Source: a virus
Length of the DNA: 64,000 bases
Strand: one strand, 5' to 3'
Virus record (IMG/VR): IMGVR_UViG_3300047157_000152
Span: 3,725-67,724 of that record
Shown: one piece after another, positions 1-7,802 of the stretch
Position numbering within the stretch: position 1 is the stretch's first letter
Layout of the letters: the number at the start of each line of letters is the position of its first letter
The notes under the pieces: generated by a model
The model's database searches: none
The model's input: the letters and a program-made list of their open reading frames with translations, nothing else
What the model was told of the DNA's origin: nothing
Position numbers and translations under genes: made by a program

Positions 1-491
1 TGGTATATGTCATCTTGATGTATACGTTTAGTTTTACCTATTAACTGTCCAACTATAGTTAATTTTTCTGACAATGTTAAACCGCTATTGTCATTAAATA
101 TTACTTTTCTTAGTTTGTTTTTAGGTGGTTCTTCTAAATCACACATGCTAACATCATATATCATTCGTTTTAATAACTCTGCAGGTATATCAAACGCAAT
201 AAATCCATATTTATAATTTGCTATAGTCTCTGCTAAGGCAGTAAACTTATTCATATCAAGTTTAGGATTTAAATACCACAATACTAACAAATGCCATTTT
301 AAACTTTTGTATGTAGTTATTTTAGCTTTACTACGAAACAAATCATAGCATTCGTAAGTACCATCTTCATAAAACTTACCGTATTCAAATTCTAAGGTAG
401 GTTTATCAGTGATAGGGTTACGTCTGTATACAATCCGCCTCTTGTTGAGATATTGTAAATAACGCGGTATTGATACGTAGTTGTGTGACAT
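1..491 (-). CDS. Hypothetical protein, truncated by window edge (MSHNYVSIPRYLQYLNKRR...); possibly DNA-binding/replication-related
   Basis: Manual translation is open from ATG at 491 to base 1; not in the ORF track because there is no stop in the window; TAATG overlap with the upstream small ORF. Confidence 0.7.
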   Translation of the reverse strand, partial: MSHNYVSIPRYLQYLNKRRIVYRRNPITDKPTLEFEYGKFYEDGTYECYDLFRSKAKITTYKSLKWHLLVLWYLNPKLDMNKFTALAETIANYKYGFIAFDIPAELLKRMIYDVSMCDLEEPPKNKLRKVIFNDNSGLTLSEKLTIVGQLIGKTKRIHQDDIY

Positions 492-528
492 TAGCCTCTT
501 ACTCTCTTATTATTAGACCTATTGTCAC
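485..528. promoter_or_regulatory. Imperfect palindrome GTGACA-N32-TGTCAC overlapping the start codon of the 1-491 gene
   Basis: Seen directly; related inverted copy at 7803-7847. Confidence 0.6.
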
Positions 529-616
529 GTTTTGGCTTTTGAAAAGCTTTAACTTTTGTTTTTATTTTAAAAACATCTGATGACATTAAATGTTTTACAT
601 TAGTTACTGTGCTCAT
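491..616 (-). CDS. Small basic hypothetical protein (41 aa, MSTVTNVKHL...)
   Basis: Manual translation; fills the gap and overlaps both neighbours. Confidence 0.5.
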   Translation of the reverse strand: MSTVTNVKHLMSSDVFKIKTKVKAFQKPKRDNRSNNKRVRG

Positions 617-950
617 ATAATTTAATTTTTACGTTAGTCCATTTACCTCCCTTCATTGTCTCGTCGACCAGGAAATCTATTCTATTTGTCCATCTTTTAT
701 TCATTCTATCTCTTATGACCCAAAGGCCATTCATATCACCTGCATTACTAATAACAACTACTGTATTCATTTTAAAACCTTTAGCTTCAAGATCCCGAGA
801 TACAGCAATTATTCTGTGTATCTCAGGGTTGTTCATATTGATTTTAAAATTTGTAGCTGTTCTATCAGGCGTACTGTCTGTCTGAGACGGTGTTGCGTGA
901 TATATCGTAGCGGTCACAGTCAAAAGGGTACTTAGTATAAGGTTTTTCAT
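600..950 (-). CDS. 3D-domain (MltA-like) cell-wall protein with signal peptide
   Basis: AT.Y...QTDSTP..TA, IAVSRDL, D-R-M and RIDF motifs typical of 3D domains; hydrophobic N-terminus. Confidence 0.7.
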   Translation of the reverse strand: MKNLILSTLLTVTATIYHATPSQTDSTPDRTATNFKINMNNPEIHRIIAVSRDLEAKGFKMNTVVVISNAGDMNGLWVIRDRMNKRWTNRIDFLVDETMKGGKWTNVKIKLYEHSN

Positions 951-1401
951 TTTTATTAATTATAGTTTTCTTATCATTAATATAGTAATTCCAATAAGCT
1001 TTAACAGAATTACCTTCAACTTTATATTCATCAGGCATACATTGTGGCGGTTGTGTAAAACCGGTATGTAATATACCACCTGGATATTTAGCTAATGGTT
1101 TTTTACATTTAGTAATACTCATATGTATTTTACCATAACGCTTAGTATACTCATCGCCAAGTGCAAGCATGTAATGGTATAGCCAATAATAGTTTTGACC
1201 AGACTGTCTAGCCCATATGGTAGACGGATGATTTACATGCGCTTTCTTATAAGGTATATCCTCACATTCATAATCGAGGTTATACATGCGATGAGCGGTA
1301 CATAGCATTTGTGCTGCTTCGAGTATCATCTTAACTTTATGTTTGTCATAATGATAAGCGGCAGCTTCATAAGGGTCAGGGTGTAAGTAAAATATATTCA
1401 T
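865..1401 (-). CDS. Pyrimidine-dimer DNA glycosylase / endonuclease V-like
   Basis: MNIFYL...DKH.VKMILE.AQML.TAH and H.NHPST.W motifs of the DenV-like family. Confidence 0.8.
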   Translation of the reverse strand: MNIFYLHPDPYEAAAYHYDKHKVKMILEAAQMLCTAHRMYNLDYECEDIPYKKAHVNHPSTIWARQSGQNYYWLYHYMLALGDEYTKRYGKIHMSITKCKKPLAKYPGGILHTGFTQPPQCMPDEYKVEGNSVKAYWNYYINDKKTIINKNEKPYTKYPFDCDRYDISRNTVSDRQYA

Positions 1402-1499
1402 GTCTTATTCACCCTGTTGTAATGTTGATCAAGTAGCATATTGGCAACTTCTATGCTGATCATATTGTCGTTATACAATTGCCATACTAGCTTACTCAT
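1398..1499 (-). CDS. Small hypothetical protein (33 aa)
   Basis: Manual translation MSKLVWQLYND...; overlaps both neighbours. Confidence 0.45.
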   Translation of the reverse strand: MSKLVWQLYNDNMISIEVANMLLDQHYNRVNKT

Positions 1500-2346
1500 A
1501 GTTACGAATAGTTTTAAACAATGGGTGTCTGTAACTACCGTACTGAGTACGTTCGAAATAAGTAAACGTAGCTCGTTTGCCTATGTAGTCATGAATATTT
1601 TTAAGTATATTAGCTAGATCTTTGTAGTTGTAGCCTTTACCTGGAGGACAACCAAACTCTATGCCATCATCATCTTGCATTAAGAACTTGCCAAGAGTAC
1701 CTTCACGTTTACCTTTGCCAATTTCGTAACCTACAATTGTAGCTTCGGTGTCATTAAAGTCTTTAAACTTTTGTAAGTTGTAAGATCGTTTTTGCTGATA
1801 AGGTTTGTCTAGACGTAGTATAGAGCCTTCGTAACCGTTATTTAGATTATACTGATGTCTTAACTGTGCAGAGTCTTTAGAATTAACTAGAGTAGTTTCT
1901 ACATATTTAATACAGTAGTTGTACATATCAGAACAAGCTAGTTGATCAGATCTGTAACTGTAAGGCTTGTCCATTACTGTTTCTATATAGTCATAGCAAT
2001 GAAACTGTATTAGCCTTTCAGCTTCAGCTTTATCAGCATCAGTTGGTTTTTGTTTTCTAACTAATGATATGATCTTTTCGAAGTCATCTTTAAGATCATG
2101 GTTGTATAATTCACCGTCTAGTACGACATCTACATTAGCATAGTCAAAGAAAAATTTGTTTAACGATAGTTTAATGTGTTCAAGATTGTGAAATTCTTTA
2201 CCTGTACGTGAGAAACATCTAATGTTTTCTTTGTCGTCGACGTATATAACACACCTTACGCCGTCAAGCTTAGGTTGAATGTATACTTTCTCGGACCAGT
2301 CGACAGGTTTTTTGTCTACTTTGTATGCGAGCATTGGTTTAATCAT
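1492..2346 (-). CDS. ATP-dependent DNA ligase
   Basis: KLDGVR motif I, LDGELY, EGSILR, LQKFK motif V, C-terminal OB fold ending R.P.F..IR. Confidence 0.93.
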   Translation of the reverse strand: MIKPMLAYKVDKKPVDWSEKVYIQPKLDGVRCVIYVDDKENIRCFSRTGKEFHNLEHIKLSLNKFFFDYANVDVVLDGELYNHDLKDDFEKIISLVRKQKPTDADKAEAERLIQFHCYDYIETVMDKPYSYRSDQLACSDMYNYCIKYVETTLVNSKDSAQLRHQYNLNNGYEGSILRLDKPYQQKRSYNLQKFKDFNDTEATIVGYEIGKGKREGTLGKFLMQDDDGIEFGCPPGKGYNYKDLANILKNIHDYIGKRATFTYFERTQYGSYRHPLFKTIRNYE

Positions 2347-2612
2347 AATTTATCTATTTTATTTTGTAATTGGGTTATTTTTCTTTTCATTATTTCTGCT
2401 TTTTCATACTCTTCATCATCAACAAATTTGTTTTGAAGTGTACAAAGCCTACCGAGTTCATCTTGCAATATTTCTCTATCAGTCAATGACTCAGGTGTTA
2501 TCTCTTCGTCTACATATTTAATACCATATGTAGCAGTGTCAGGGTTTATAAACTCCTGATATAGATCGAATTTAATTCTATCTAGTAACTTTTCGTATTC
2601 TTTTTCTGTCAT
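2343..2612 (-). CDS. Hypothetical protein with C-terminal UVR (UvrB/C)-like coiled coil
   Basis: EEYEKAEIMKRKI resembles the E.YE.AA..RD.I UVR motif. Confidence 0.5.
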   Translation of the reverse strand: MTEKEYEKLLDRIKFDLYQEFINPDTATYGIKYVDEEITPESLTDREILQDELGRLCTLQNKFVDDEEYEKAEIMKRKITQLQNKIDKL

Positions 2613-2785
2613 TAATAAGGTAATTTTTTAGGATTAGCTAAGAAGTATCTTATATCAGATAGTTGTTCTTCTAATGTTTCAATACGTACTAGCATTTGTT
2701 TTAATGTGTATTTTTCACCGTCCATATGTGATTTAACACCACCTGTAAGGTTACCTATATCCACGATTGTATCTTGTTTAAACAT
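2612..2785 (-). CDS. Hypothetical protein (probable start MFKQ at 2785)
   Basis: ORF track; start reassigned to the ATG 5 nt downstream of the repeated promoter motif. Confidence 0.6.
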   Translation of the reverse strand: MFKQDTIVDIGNLTGGVKSHMDGEKYTLKQMLVRIETLEEQLSDIRYFLANPKKLPY

Positions 2786-2790
2786 ATTAT

Positions 2791-2821
2791 TATTATCCAT
2801 CATGTTTCGTATTTAGTTTGT
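2791..2821 (-). promoter_or_regulatory. Early promoter-like motif ACAAACTAAATACGA-N8-GGATAATA, copy 1
   Basis: Exact match to repeated motif, 5 nt upstream of an ATG. Confidence 0.8.
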
Positions 2822-3299
2822 AATTTTCTTCTGCATGACTATCTACTAAAAACTTTTCAGTCCAGTTAGTATAGCCCATGTTTTTCTGCTTATATCTATA
2901 TATAAGTTTATCAGGTGTGCCAACAAATTCGCAAACGTTAGTGTATTGATTATAAGCACTTAACCATACATCAGGCTTACCTGTCCATATAATCCACGTA
3001 TATTCATGATCTACAGCGTCAACATTAGGATATAAGTATTGACTATTGTAGTGAAAGTCATGTACTAAATGTGATGCTATTCTTGAGCCATCACCAAAGT
3101 TAGTAAAACCTCTGTATTCTTGCATGTGTTTAATCCAGTTTGCAAGCTCTATGCCTCTCCACTCAGGATAACCGTCGTGGTGCAGATACATATGAACATA
3201 AGCTTTATCACTTACCAATTGAGGTTTAAGTGCAAAGCCTGCTTCATGATCTTCTGCGTGTGACCTATCGATCACTAGTGTCATATTTCTTGTACTCAT
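2793..3299 (-). CDS. Hypothetical phage protein (Y.H.DGYP motif)
   Basis: ORF track, 168 aa. Confidence 0.7.
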   Translation of the reverse strand: MSTRNMTLVIDRSHAEDHEAGFALKPQLVSDKAYVHMYLHHDGYPEWRGIELANWIKHMQEYRGFTNFGDGSRIASHLVHDFHYNSQYLYPNVDAVDHEYTWIIWTGKPDVWLSAYNQYTNVCEFVGTPDKLIYRYKQKNMGYTNWTEKFLVDSHAEENYKLNTKHDG

Positions 3300-3460
3300 T
3301 ATACTAGTTCTTCACCTATACTGACTATTTCAGCGATTATTAATACTGCTACACCTATTGGCAATGATGACAATAGGATGCTAAAGCCCATGACTCTAAT
3401 CACTGACTTAGCTAAACTCACCTTAAAATGAGGTGTAAGTTTACTTTTAAATCTACTCAT
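3299..3460 (-). CDS. Small membrane protein (53 aa)
   Basis: Manual translation MSRFKSKLTPHF...; hydrophobic C-terminal half. Confidence 0.55.
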   Translation of the reverse strand: MSRFKSKLTPHFKVSLAKSVIRVMGFSILLSSLPIGVAVLIIAEIVSIGEELV

Positions 3461-3481
3461 ATTATTATTATTTAATGTTAG

Positions 3482-3554
3482 TTGACTCGCCAGGGCTCGA
3501 ACCTGGACTCTTCTGGACCAAAACCAGACGTGTTGCCAATTACACCACGAGTCA
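3482..3554 (-). tRNA. trnQ: tRNA-Gln(TTG)
   Basis: Cloverleaf: TGACTCG/CGAGTCA acceptor, TCTGG-TTTTGGT-CCAGA anticodon arm, GGTTCGAGCC T-arm; CCA not encoded. Confidence 0.93.
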
Positions 3555-3559
3555 TTATG

Positions 3560-3790
3560 CTAATCTAATAGCACTTGGTAAGCTTTAGGATTAGCTTTTC
3601 TAAACCAATCTAAGCCTTTTCTTGTTAAATCGTACTTTTGTACGAGTTGTGAACCCATAATTAAGTCATACATACTTAATTCTAAGTTGTTTAGTTCGTA
3701 GGTGTCGCCTGAAAAAGGGTTTGTCACTGTTTCGCCTTTGTCGTATATCGTACCGTCGAACCATTTAGGTAATGTTGTTTTGTTTTTCAT
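3560..3790 (-). CDS. Hypothetical protein
   Basis: ORF track, 76 aa. Confidence 0.7.
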   Translation of the reverse strand: MKNKTTLPKWFDGTIYDKGETVTNPFSGDTYELNNLELSMYDLIMGSQLVQKYDLTRKGLDWFRKANPKAYQVLLD

Positions 3791-4019
3791 AATCTAAGTA
3801 ATCTATTCTTTCGTGATCTATTTCTATTAATTTTGCTATGTAATCCCACACTTCACGTTGTTGTTTTGTGTGTCTCAATACACCTTCTAGTTGGTCTATT
3901 GTTATAAAAGGCGTGTTATCATCTTTTATTTCTTGCTTTAGCCTGCTAATGTCAGTGTCTAGACTGTATACATTAGCAAATGCTTTGTCATGTGCTAAGT
4001 TTTTTACTCTTGTAGTCAT
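3765..4019 (-). CDS. Hypothetical protein
   Basis: ORF track, 84 aa. Confidence 0.65.
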   Translation of the reverse strand: MTTRVKNLAHDKAFANVYSLDTDISRLKQEIKDDNTPFITIDQLEGVLRHTKQQREVWDYIAKLIEIDHERIDYLDYEKQNNIT

Positions 4020-4020
4020 A

Positions 4021-4254
4021 TTATTTATTGATTATAGAGTTACCATACATTAAGTCTTGAGCAGACAATTTGTAAGTTGGTATGTCACAGTAAACTGATA
4101 TATCAGATACTTGACTAACCGTTAAGTCATACCATGATGTTTGAGACATAAGAGTATACTTAAGCCTTTTAGCACTAGAGTATTTTCTAGCGTTTTTTTG
4201 CAGTGACGACTTGAAACCTGGTTTTAGTCTGTCATAAATTGTTTTGATCTTCAT
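4021..4254 (-). CDS. Hypothetical protein
   Basis: ORF track; ATG 5 nt after promoter motif. Confidence 0.65.
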   Translation of the reverse strand: MKIKTIYDRLKPGFKSSLQKNARKYSSAKRLKYTLMSQTSWYDLTVSQVSDISVYCDIPTYKLSAQDLMYGNSIINK

Positions 4255-4259
4255 ATTTA

Positions 4260-4290
4260 TATTATCCGTGTTAATTCGTATTTAGTTTGT
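4260..4290 (-). promoter_or_regulatory. Early promoter-like motif, copy 2
   Basis: Exact motif match. Confidence 0.8.
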
Positions 4291-4509
4291 AAATTCATGT
4301 GCTTCAAACCTTTGTTTCTCTTTGTCTATTATATCACCGATGTGATCTTGCATTGCTACAATATCCATCGCTAACAATTGTAGTTCAGCTAAACCATTAA
4401 CCTCATGAACACTCATGTACTCATTTAAGTCATTGTTTTGAAGAGCAATAACACAGTCTTCTAAATCTCTTGCAGTATTTTCAAACCTGCAATAACTCAT
4501 ATTTCCCAT
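4282..4509 (-). CDS. Hypothetical protein (NMSYCRFENT motif)
   Basis: ORF track, 75 aa. Confidence 0.7.
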   Translation of the reverse strand: MGNMSYCRFENTARDLEDCVIALQNNDLNEYMSVHEVNGLAELQLLAMDIVAMQDHIGDIIDKEKQRFEAHEFTN

Positions 4510-4530
4510 ATTTAATTTATTTAATGTTAG

Positions 4531-4602
<72 letters not shown>

Positions 4603-4607
4603 TTTAG

Positions 4608-4706
4608 TGGAAGTGGGCGGAGTCGAACCGCCGTTATCTTAATCAGTTGCTTGCTCTGTAGCTTTCGCCGTGCGTTACTGATTCAAGATCTTACCTTATC
4701 ACTCCC
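4608..4706 (-). ncRNA. Miniature tmRNA-like RNA (tRNA-like domain only, 99 nt)
   Basis: GGGAGTG/CACTTCC acceptor with G3:U70, A discriminator, A8U9..GG..GA stemless D-loop, long helix ATCTTGAATCAGT/ACTGATTAAGAT, AAC linker, T-arm GGCGG-TTCGACT-CCGCC. Confidence 0.7.
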
Positions 4707-4710
4707 TTAT

Positions 4711-4900
4711 GAGAGGCACCAGTTGTGGACAGGTAGTTACCTAGTATTGTCATTTATCCACAATTTCTGTTTTGTACTGTACGGTAGACTACCGCACCGA
4801 TCGCTAACGTGACCTGTATGCCGCCGTCTCTCTGCTAGCTATTCACTTATGTGGTGGACTTACGCAATTTAAATGCCACCCTATTAAGCTACTCGTCCTG
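4711..4900 (-). ncRNA. Putative structured ncRNA of unknown class
   Basis: GC-rich intergenic stretch with nested helices (GGTGG/CCACC, GTGCGGTA/TACCGTAC, TTGTGGATA/TGTCCACAA, GAGAG/CTCTC). Confidence 0.5.
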
Positions 4901-5089
4901 CTACTTTCTACGCCAGGCTTTGTGTACTTGATCACTTAGTTCTTGACTTACTATTTGTATTTCTAGAACTTGTTTGTTAGCAATAATAGGTACATAGCTA
5001 TATTGCTTTGTTGAACTACAGTTTACACAATTTGAATAACCTAATGCTATTCTGCCTGCTGGTATTTTGTTATTACATTTACATCTCAT
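4901..5089 (-). CDS. Small C4 zinc-finger protein, DksA/TraR-finger-like
   Basis: C.C...IP..R..L....C..C pattern. Confidence 0.6.
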   Translation of the reverse strand: MRCKCNNKIPAGRIALGYSNCVNCSSTKQYSYVPIIANKQVLEIQIVSQELSDQVHKAWRRK

Positions 5090-5094
5090 ATTAT

Positions 5095-5125
5095 TATTAT
5101 CCGTTTACAATCGTATTTAGTTTGT
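5095..5125 (-). promoter_or_regulatory. Early promoter-like motif, copy 3
   Basis: Exact motif match, ATG 5 nt downstream. Confidence 0.8.
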
Positions 5126-5225
5126 AATTGAATCGTCTGTAGTATTCTACTTCTAATCTTTCCGCTTCATACTTAGTTATTTTAAGCAGTTTAATGTGCT
5201 TATGTCTTAGTTTTCTAGTCTTCAT
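5097..5225 (-). CDS. Small basic hypothetical protein (42 aa)
   Basis: Manual translation MKTRKLRHKHIK... Confidence 0.45.
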   Translation of the reverse strand: MKTRKLRHKHIKLLKITKYEAERLEVEYYRRFNYKLNTIVNG

Positions 5226-5418
5226 CTAATCCTGTATGTAATTTTTCTATTGTAGCACACATAATCATGTGCATTAATTGGTTGTACTCGTCGCCTTCTA
5301 GTTTGTCATGATCTAGTTCTGAACCATCAATAGCCCACTGAACAGAGTCATATAACGTTTCTTTGATGTAAGCGACTTGAGCGTCTGCTATTTCATCTAT
5401 AATTTTCATTTTACTCAT
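5215..5418 (-). CDS. Hypothetical acidic protein
   Basis: ORF track. Confidence 0.65.
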   Translation of the reverse strand: MSKMKIIDEIADAQVAYIKETLYDSVQWAIDGSELDHDKLEGDEYNQLMHMIMCATIEKLHTGLDED

Positions 5419-5675
5419 GCTTTATTTATTATTTTTAATTGTTTTAAGTCGTATTTCTGTGTATTATCACGCCACATTTTGTGCATTGTGTACTTACTTG
5501 ATTGAGTATACGATGTTTTACCGCGTGTTTTTACATTATTCCATTCACGATCGGTCAAACCACTGCATTCACCATGCACTTTGTTGAGTTCGTAGTGCTG
5601 AAAAGCACGTTTACGTCTGCTATTTTTAGAGTATTCTAGTAACTCACGCATATTCTTACACATATATTCTATCAT
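5415..5675 (-). CDS. Hypothetical protein
   Basis: ORF track. Confidence 0.6.
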   Translation of the reverse strand: MIEYMCKNMRELLEYSKNSRRKRAFQHYELNKVHGECSGLTDREWNNVKTRGKTSYTQSSKYTMHKMWRDNTQKYDLKQLKIINKA

Positions 5676-5802
5676 TTATGCGATAAAACGATGTGTAGTC
5701 TGTGTACTCTATGTTTTGACGTAGTGGAGTAAGCACTTGGTAACCTTTGTCTGTTTCTAACAGTACATTACCTGTTTCTTGATTGAATTTAATTTGTTTC
5801 AT
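5656..5802 (-). CDS. Small hypothetical protein (48 aa, MKQIKFNQETG...)
   Basis: Manual translation; ATG 7 nt downstream of promoter copy 4. Confidence 0.6.
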   Translation of the reverse strand: MKQIKFNQETGNVLLETDKGYQVLTPLRQNIEYTDYTSFYRINDRIYV

Positions 5803-5809
5803 ATACTTA

Positions 5810-5840
5810 TATTATCCGTTGTTATTCGTATTTAGTTTGT
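5810..5840 (-). promoter_or_regulatory. Early promoter-like motif, copy 4
   Basis: Exact motif match. Confidence 0.8.
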
Positions 5841-6246
5841 AATTTCTGATATAAAAGTCAAGCATAAATTTCATTCTTGCCATAGTGTTCCATATTTTAA
5901 CTCTAGTGTACTATTGTAGATATATGTTTTAAGTTTACCTTCGTCAGTTAAAAACATTTGTCTACGCTCTGATTTGTACACTGGATTTAGTTGATAGTTA
6001 GATGAGCAAGAGTTTACATTTCTTACATAACCTGATTTATACACCTGCTAGTCTTAGTTTATTTTTAGACCATAGTTGGCCACCTTTTTCTTGATGGTAC
6101 AGGAAATTCAAACTCTCTTGTACCATTTTTAGCTTGACGCTGTGTTGTGACTTCTTTGATATTATACTCGACTAGTAGTCGTCTAGCGAACGCATTTTCA
6201 AGCGATTCTTGTTCGAGTTTCCATGTTTGATTTCTTTATTATCCAT
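5812..6246 (-). pseudogene. Multiply frameshifted ORF (pseudogene or sequencing indels)
   Basis: Protein-like segments (MDNKEI / WKLEQESLENAFARRLL...PVP / KNKLRLA / VYKSGYVRNVNS... / MARMKFMLDFY) lie in successive different frames. Confidence 0.5.
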
Positions 6247-6260
6247 TGTAGTAAGGTTTA

Positions 6261-6458
6261 TTAATTAGTATTAAAGTTAATTGATTTAGCTACATTTTGT
6301 CGCCATTGCCACTCATTCTTGCGATACTCATAGCTATTACACCATTTTTTGACAGCAGTTACTTGTGGTATTTCACCGTATTTTGCTTCATAGTCAAGAC
6401 ATTGTTGTAACTTTGCTTTGATTTCTGAAGCGGGATAGTCTACATATTGTTTATTCAT
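6261..6458 (-). CDS. Hypothetical protein (probable start MNKQ at 6458)
   Basis: ORF track; ATG 5 nt after promoter copy 5. Confidence 0.65.
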   Translation of the reverse strand: MNKQYVDYPASEIKAKLQQCLDYEAKYGEIPQVTAVKKWCNSYEYRKNEWQWRQNVAKSINFNTN

Positions 6459-6463
6459 ATTAT

Positions 6464-6494
6464 TATTATCCATTAGTAGTCGTATTTAGTTTGT
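6464..6494 (-). promoter_or_regulatory. Early promoter-like motif, copy 5
   Basis: Exact motif match. Confidence 0.8.
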
Positions 6495-6605
6495 GTGTTA
6501 GTACAATACCTTCTACATCTGTTCTTGTTAGTTCATCACTCATTTGTTTGAGTATTGCCCAAGTAAGATCTACTTTACCATAATGTGTATTTAAAGTGTA
6601 TATCA

Positions 6606-6806
6606 TTAGTTATATATTCCAAAGTTAGCATTAGCGGTATCTATTTCACCTGTTAATAATCCTACTATCATAAATAGTATACCTGATAGTGCTAGTGGTA
6701 GCAATGTACCAAAAGCTATTAGTTCTAGTATTACTAGATGTAGTGGTTTAGATTTTACGTATTTAGTTACGGCAGGGATAAATCCTCTGAATTTAAAGTT
6801 TTTCAT
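6606..6806 (-). CDS. Small membrane protein
   Basis: ORF track; long hydrophobic segment. Confidence 0.6.
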   Translation of the reverse strand: MKNFKFRGFIPAVTKYVKSKPLHLVILELIAFGTLLPLALSGILFMIVGLLTGEIDTANANFGIYN

Positions 6807-6988
6807 ATTATTATTATTTAGTTTATTAGTGAAATTCGTTATAGATTGATAGAACTTGTGATTGTTCTTGTTTAGTTAAGTTGAAGACATTTTTGTCTGG
6901 AAATAGTTTGTGCGCTATTCTGATTAAAGCGGATTGATTATACATATTATTATATTTAAAAGTTATTGACAACACTTTGTTATCTTAG

Positions 6989-7029
6989 TTGACATGGTGA
7001 GAATCGAACTCACATAAACCATTATGTCA
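6989..7029 (-). ncRNA. tRNA minihelix-like element (acceptor stem + T-arm only)
   Basis: TGACAT..ATGTCA stem, GTGAG-TTCGATT-CTCAC T-arm, discriminator A then CTA as in the other tRNAs here. Confidence 0.55.
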
Positions 7030-7090
7030 TTTACTCATTCGCATTTTTATACTTATAGAAACAAGTGGAACTTAAAGTGGTAGTTAGTTG

Positions 7091-7318
7091 TTATACTAAC
7101 TCTACATTTCTTAGTGCAACTGGAATATTATTAGTTGCAGTGTAAGACTTGTATTTTTGAAAGCAATTCATACTTTGTAACTTAGATTTCATGATGTTGA
7201 ACGCTATGTCATGATTGTAAGTGTATGTGATACCTTTCTTGTTAGTAAATTCTATTACTACATTTTTTCCGATTAGTGACTGTCTGATGACAAATCTTTT
7301 TGATTTTAAATTACTCAT
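7091..7318 (-). CDS. Hypothetical protein, first gene of early block
   Basis: ORF track, 75 aa. Confidence 0.7.
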   Translation of the reverse strand: MSNLKSKRFVIRQSLIGKNVVIEFTNKKGITYTYNHDIAFNIMKSKLQSMNCFQKYKSYTATNNIPVALRNVELV

Positions 7319-7363
7319 ATTATATTTATTTATTTATTATTATTATTAGTTGTTTTACATTTA

Positions 7364-7394
7364 TATTATCCAATACACATCGTATTTAGTTTGT
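7364..7394 (-). promoter_or_regulatory. Early promoter-like motif, copy 6
   Basis: Exact motif match. Confidence 0.8.
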
Positions 7395-7590
7395 ATTAAA
7401 TTTCTTACTTTGATTAATATGAAATTGTAGAAGTTGTTTACTATTTAATTTATTTAGTGATTTATCTACTGTTACAAAATGTATTTTATTATTTTTCATT
7501 GGTGTATATTTATTTGGTAGTTAATATTAGTTGAATGGTATACCACACTCATTCTTGTAAGTAATATACTTTATTAATTACTTACATATA

Positions 7591-7620
7591 TATTATCCAA
7601 GTATACTGTAGTTAGTTTGT
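7591..7620 (-). promoter_or_regulatory. Early promoter-like motif, copy 7 (degenerate, 1 nt shorter)
   Basis: ACAAACTAACTACAG-N7-GGATAATA. Confidence 0.65.
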
Positions 7621-7802
7621 AAAATGTAAAACATAAATAGTAAATACGAAAAAACTGGAAAAGGCGAAAACTTTTTTGGAAAAACTGAAAATGCATGGCT
7701 GGCCCCCGATTTAAAAACGATTTTGCGTAACGATCTGATAATCAGCAGGATAGGGGTAACACCATACTTCTATATAACCGACACTTTTTCAGAATGAAAA
7801 CA

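Noticed and set aside
4711-4900. RNase P RNA or hammerhead ribozyme (AAGTCCACC, ACAGAAA resemble RNase P motifs)
   Set aside because: Too short, no P4 partner sequence found, and no CUGAUGA/GAAA hammerhead core
6237-6270. Eighth early promoter copy
   Set aside because: Only the GGATAATA half is present and it coincides with an ATG GAT AAT start
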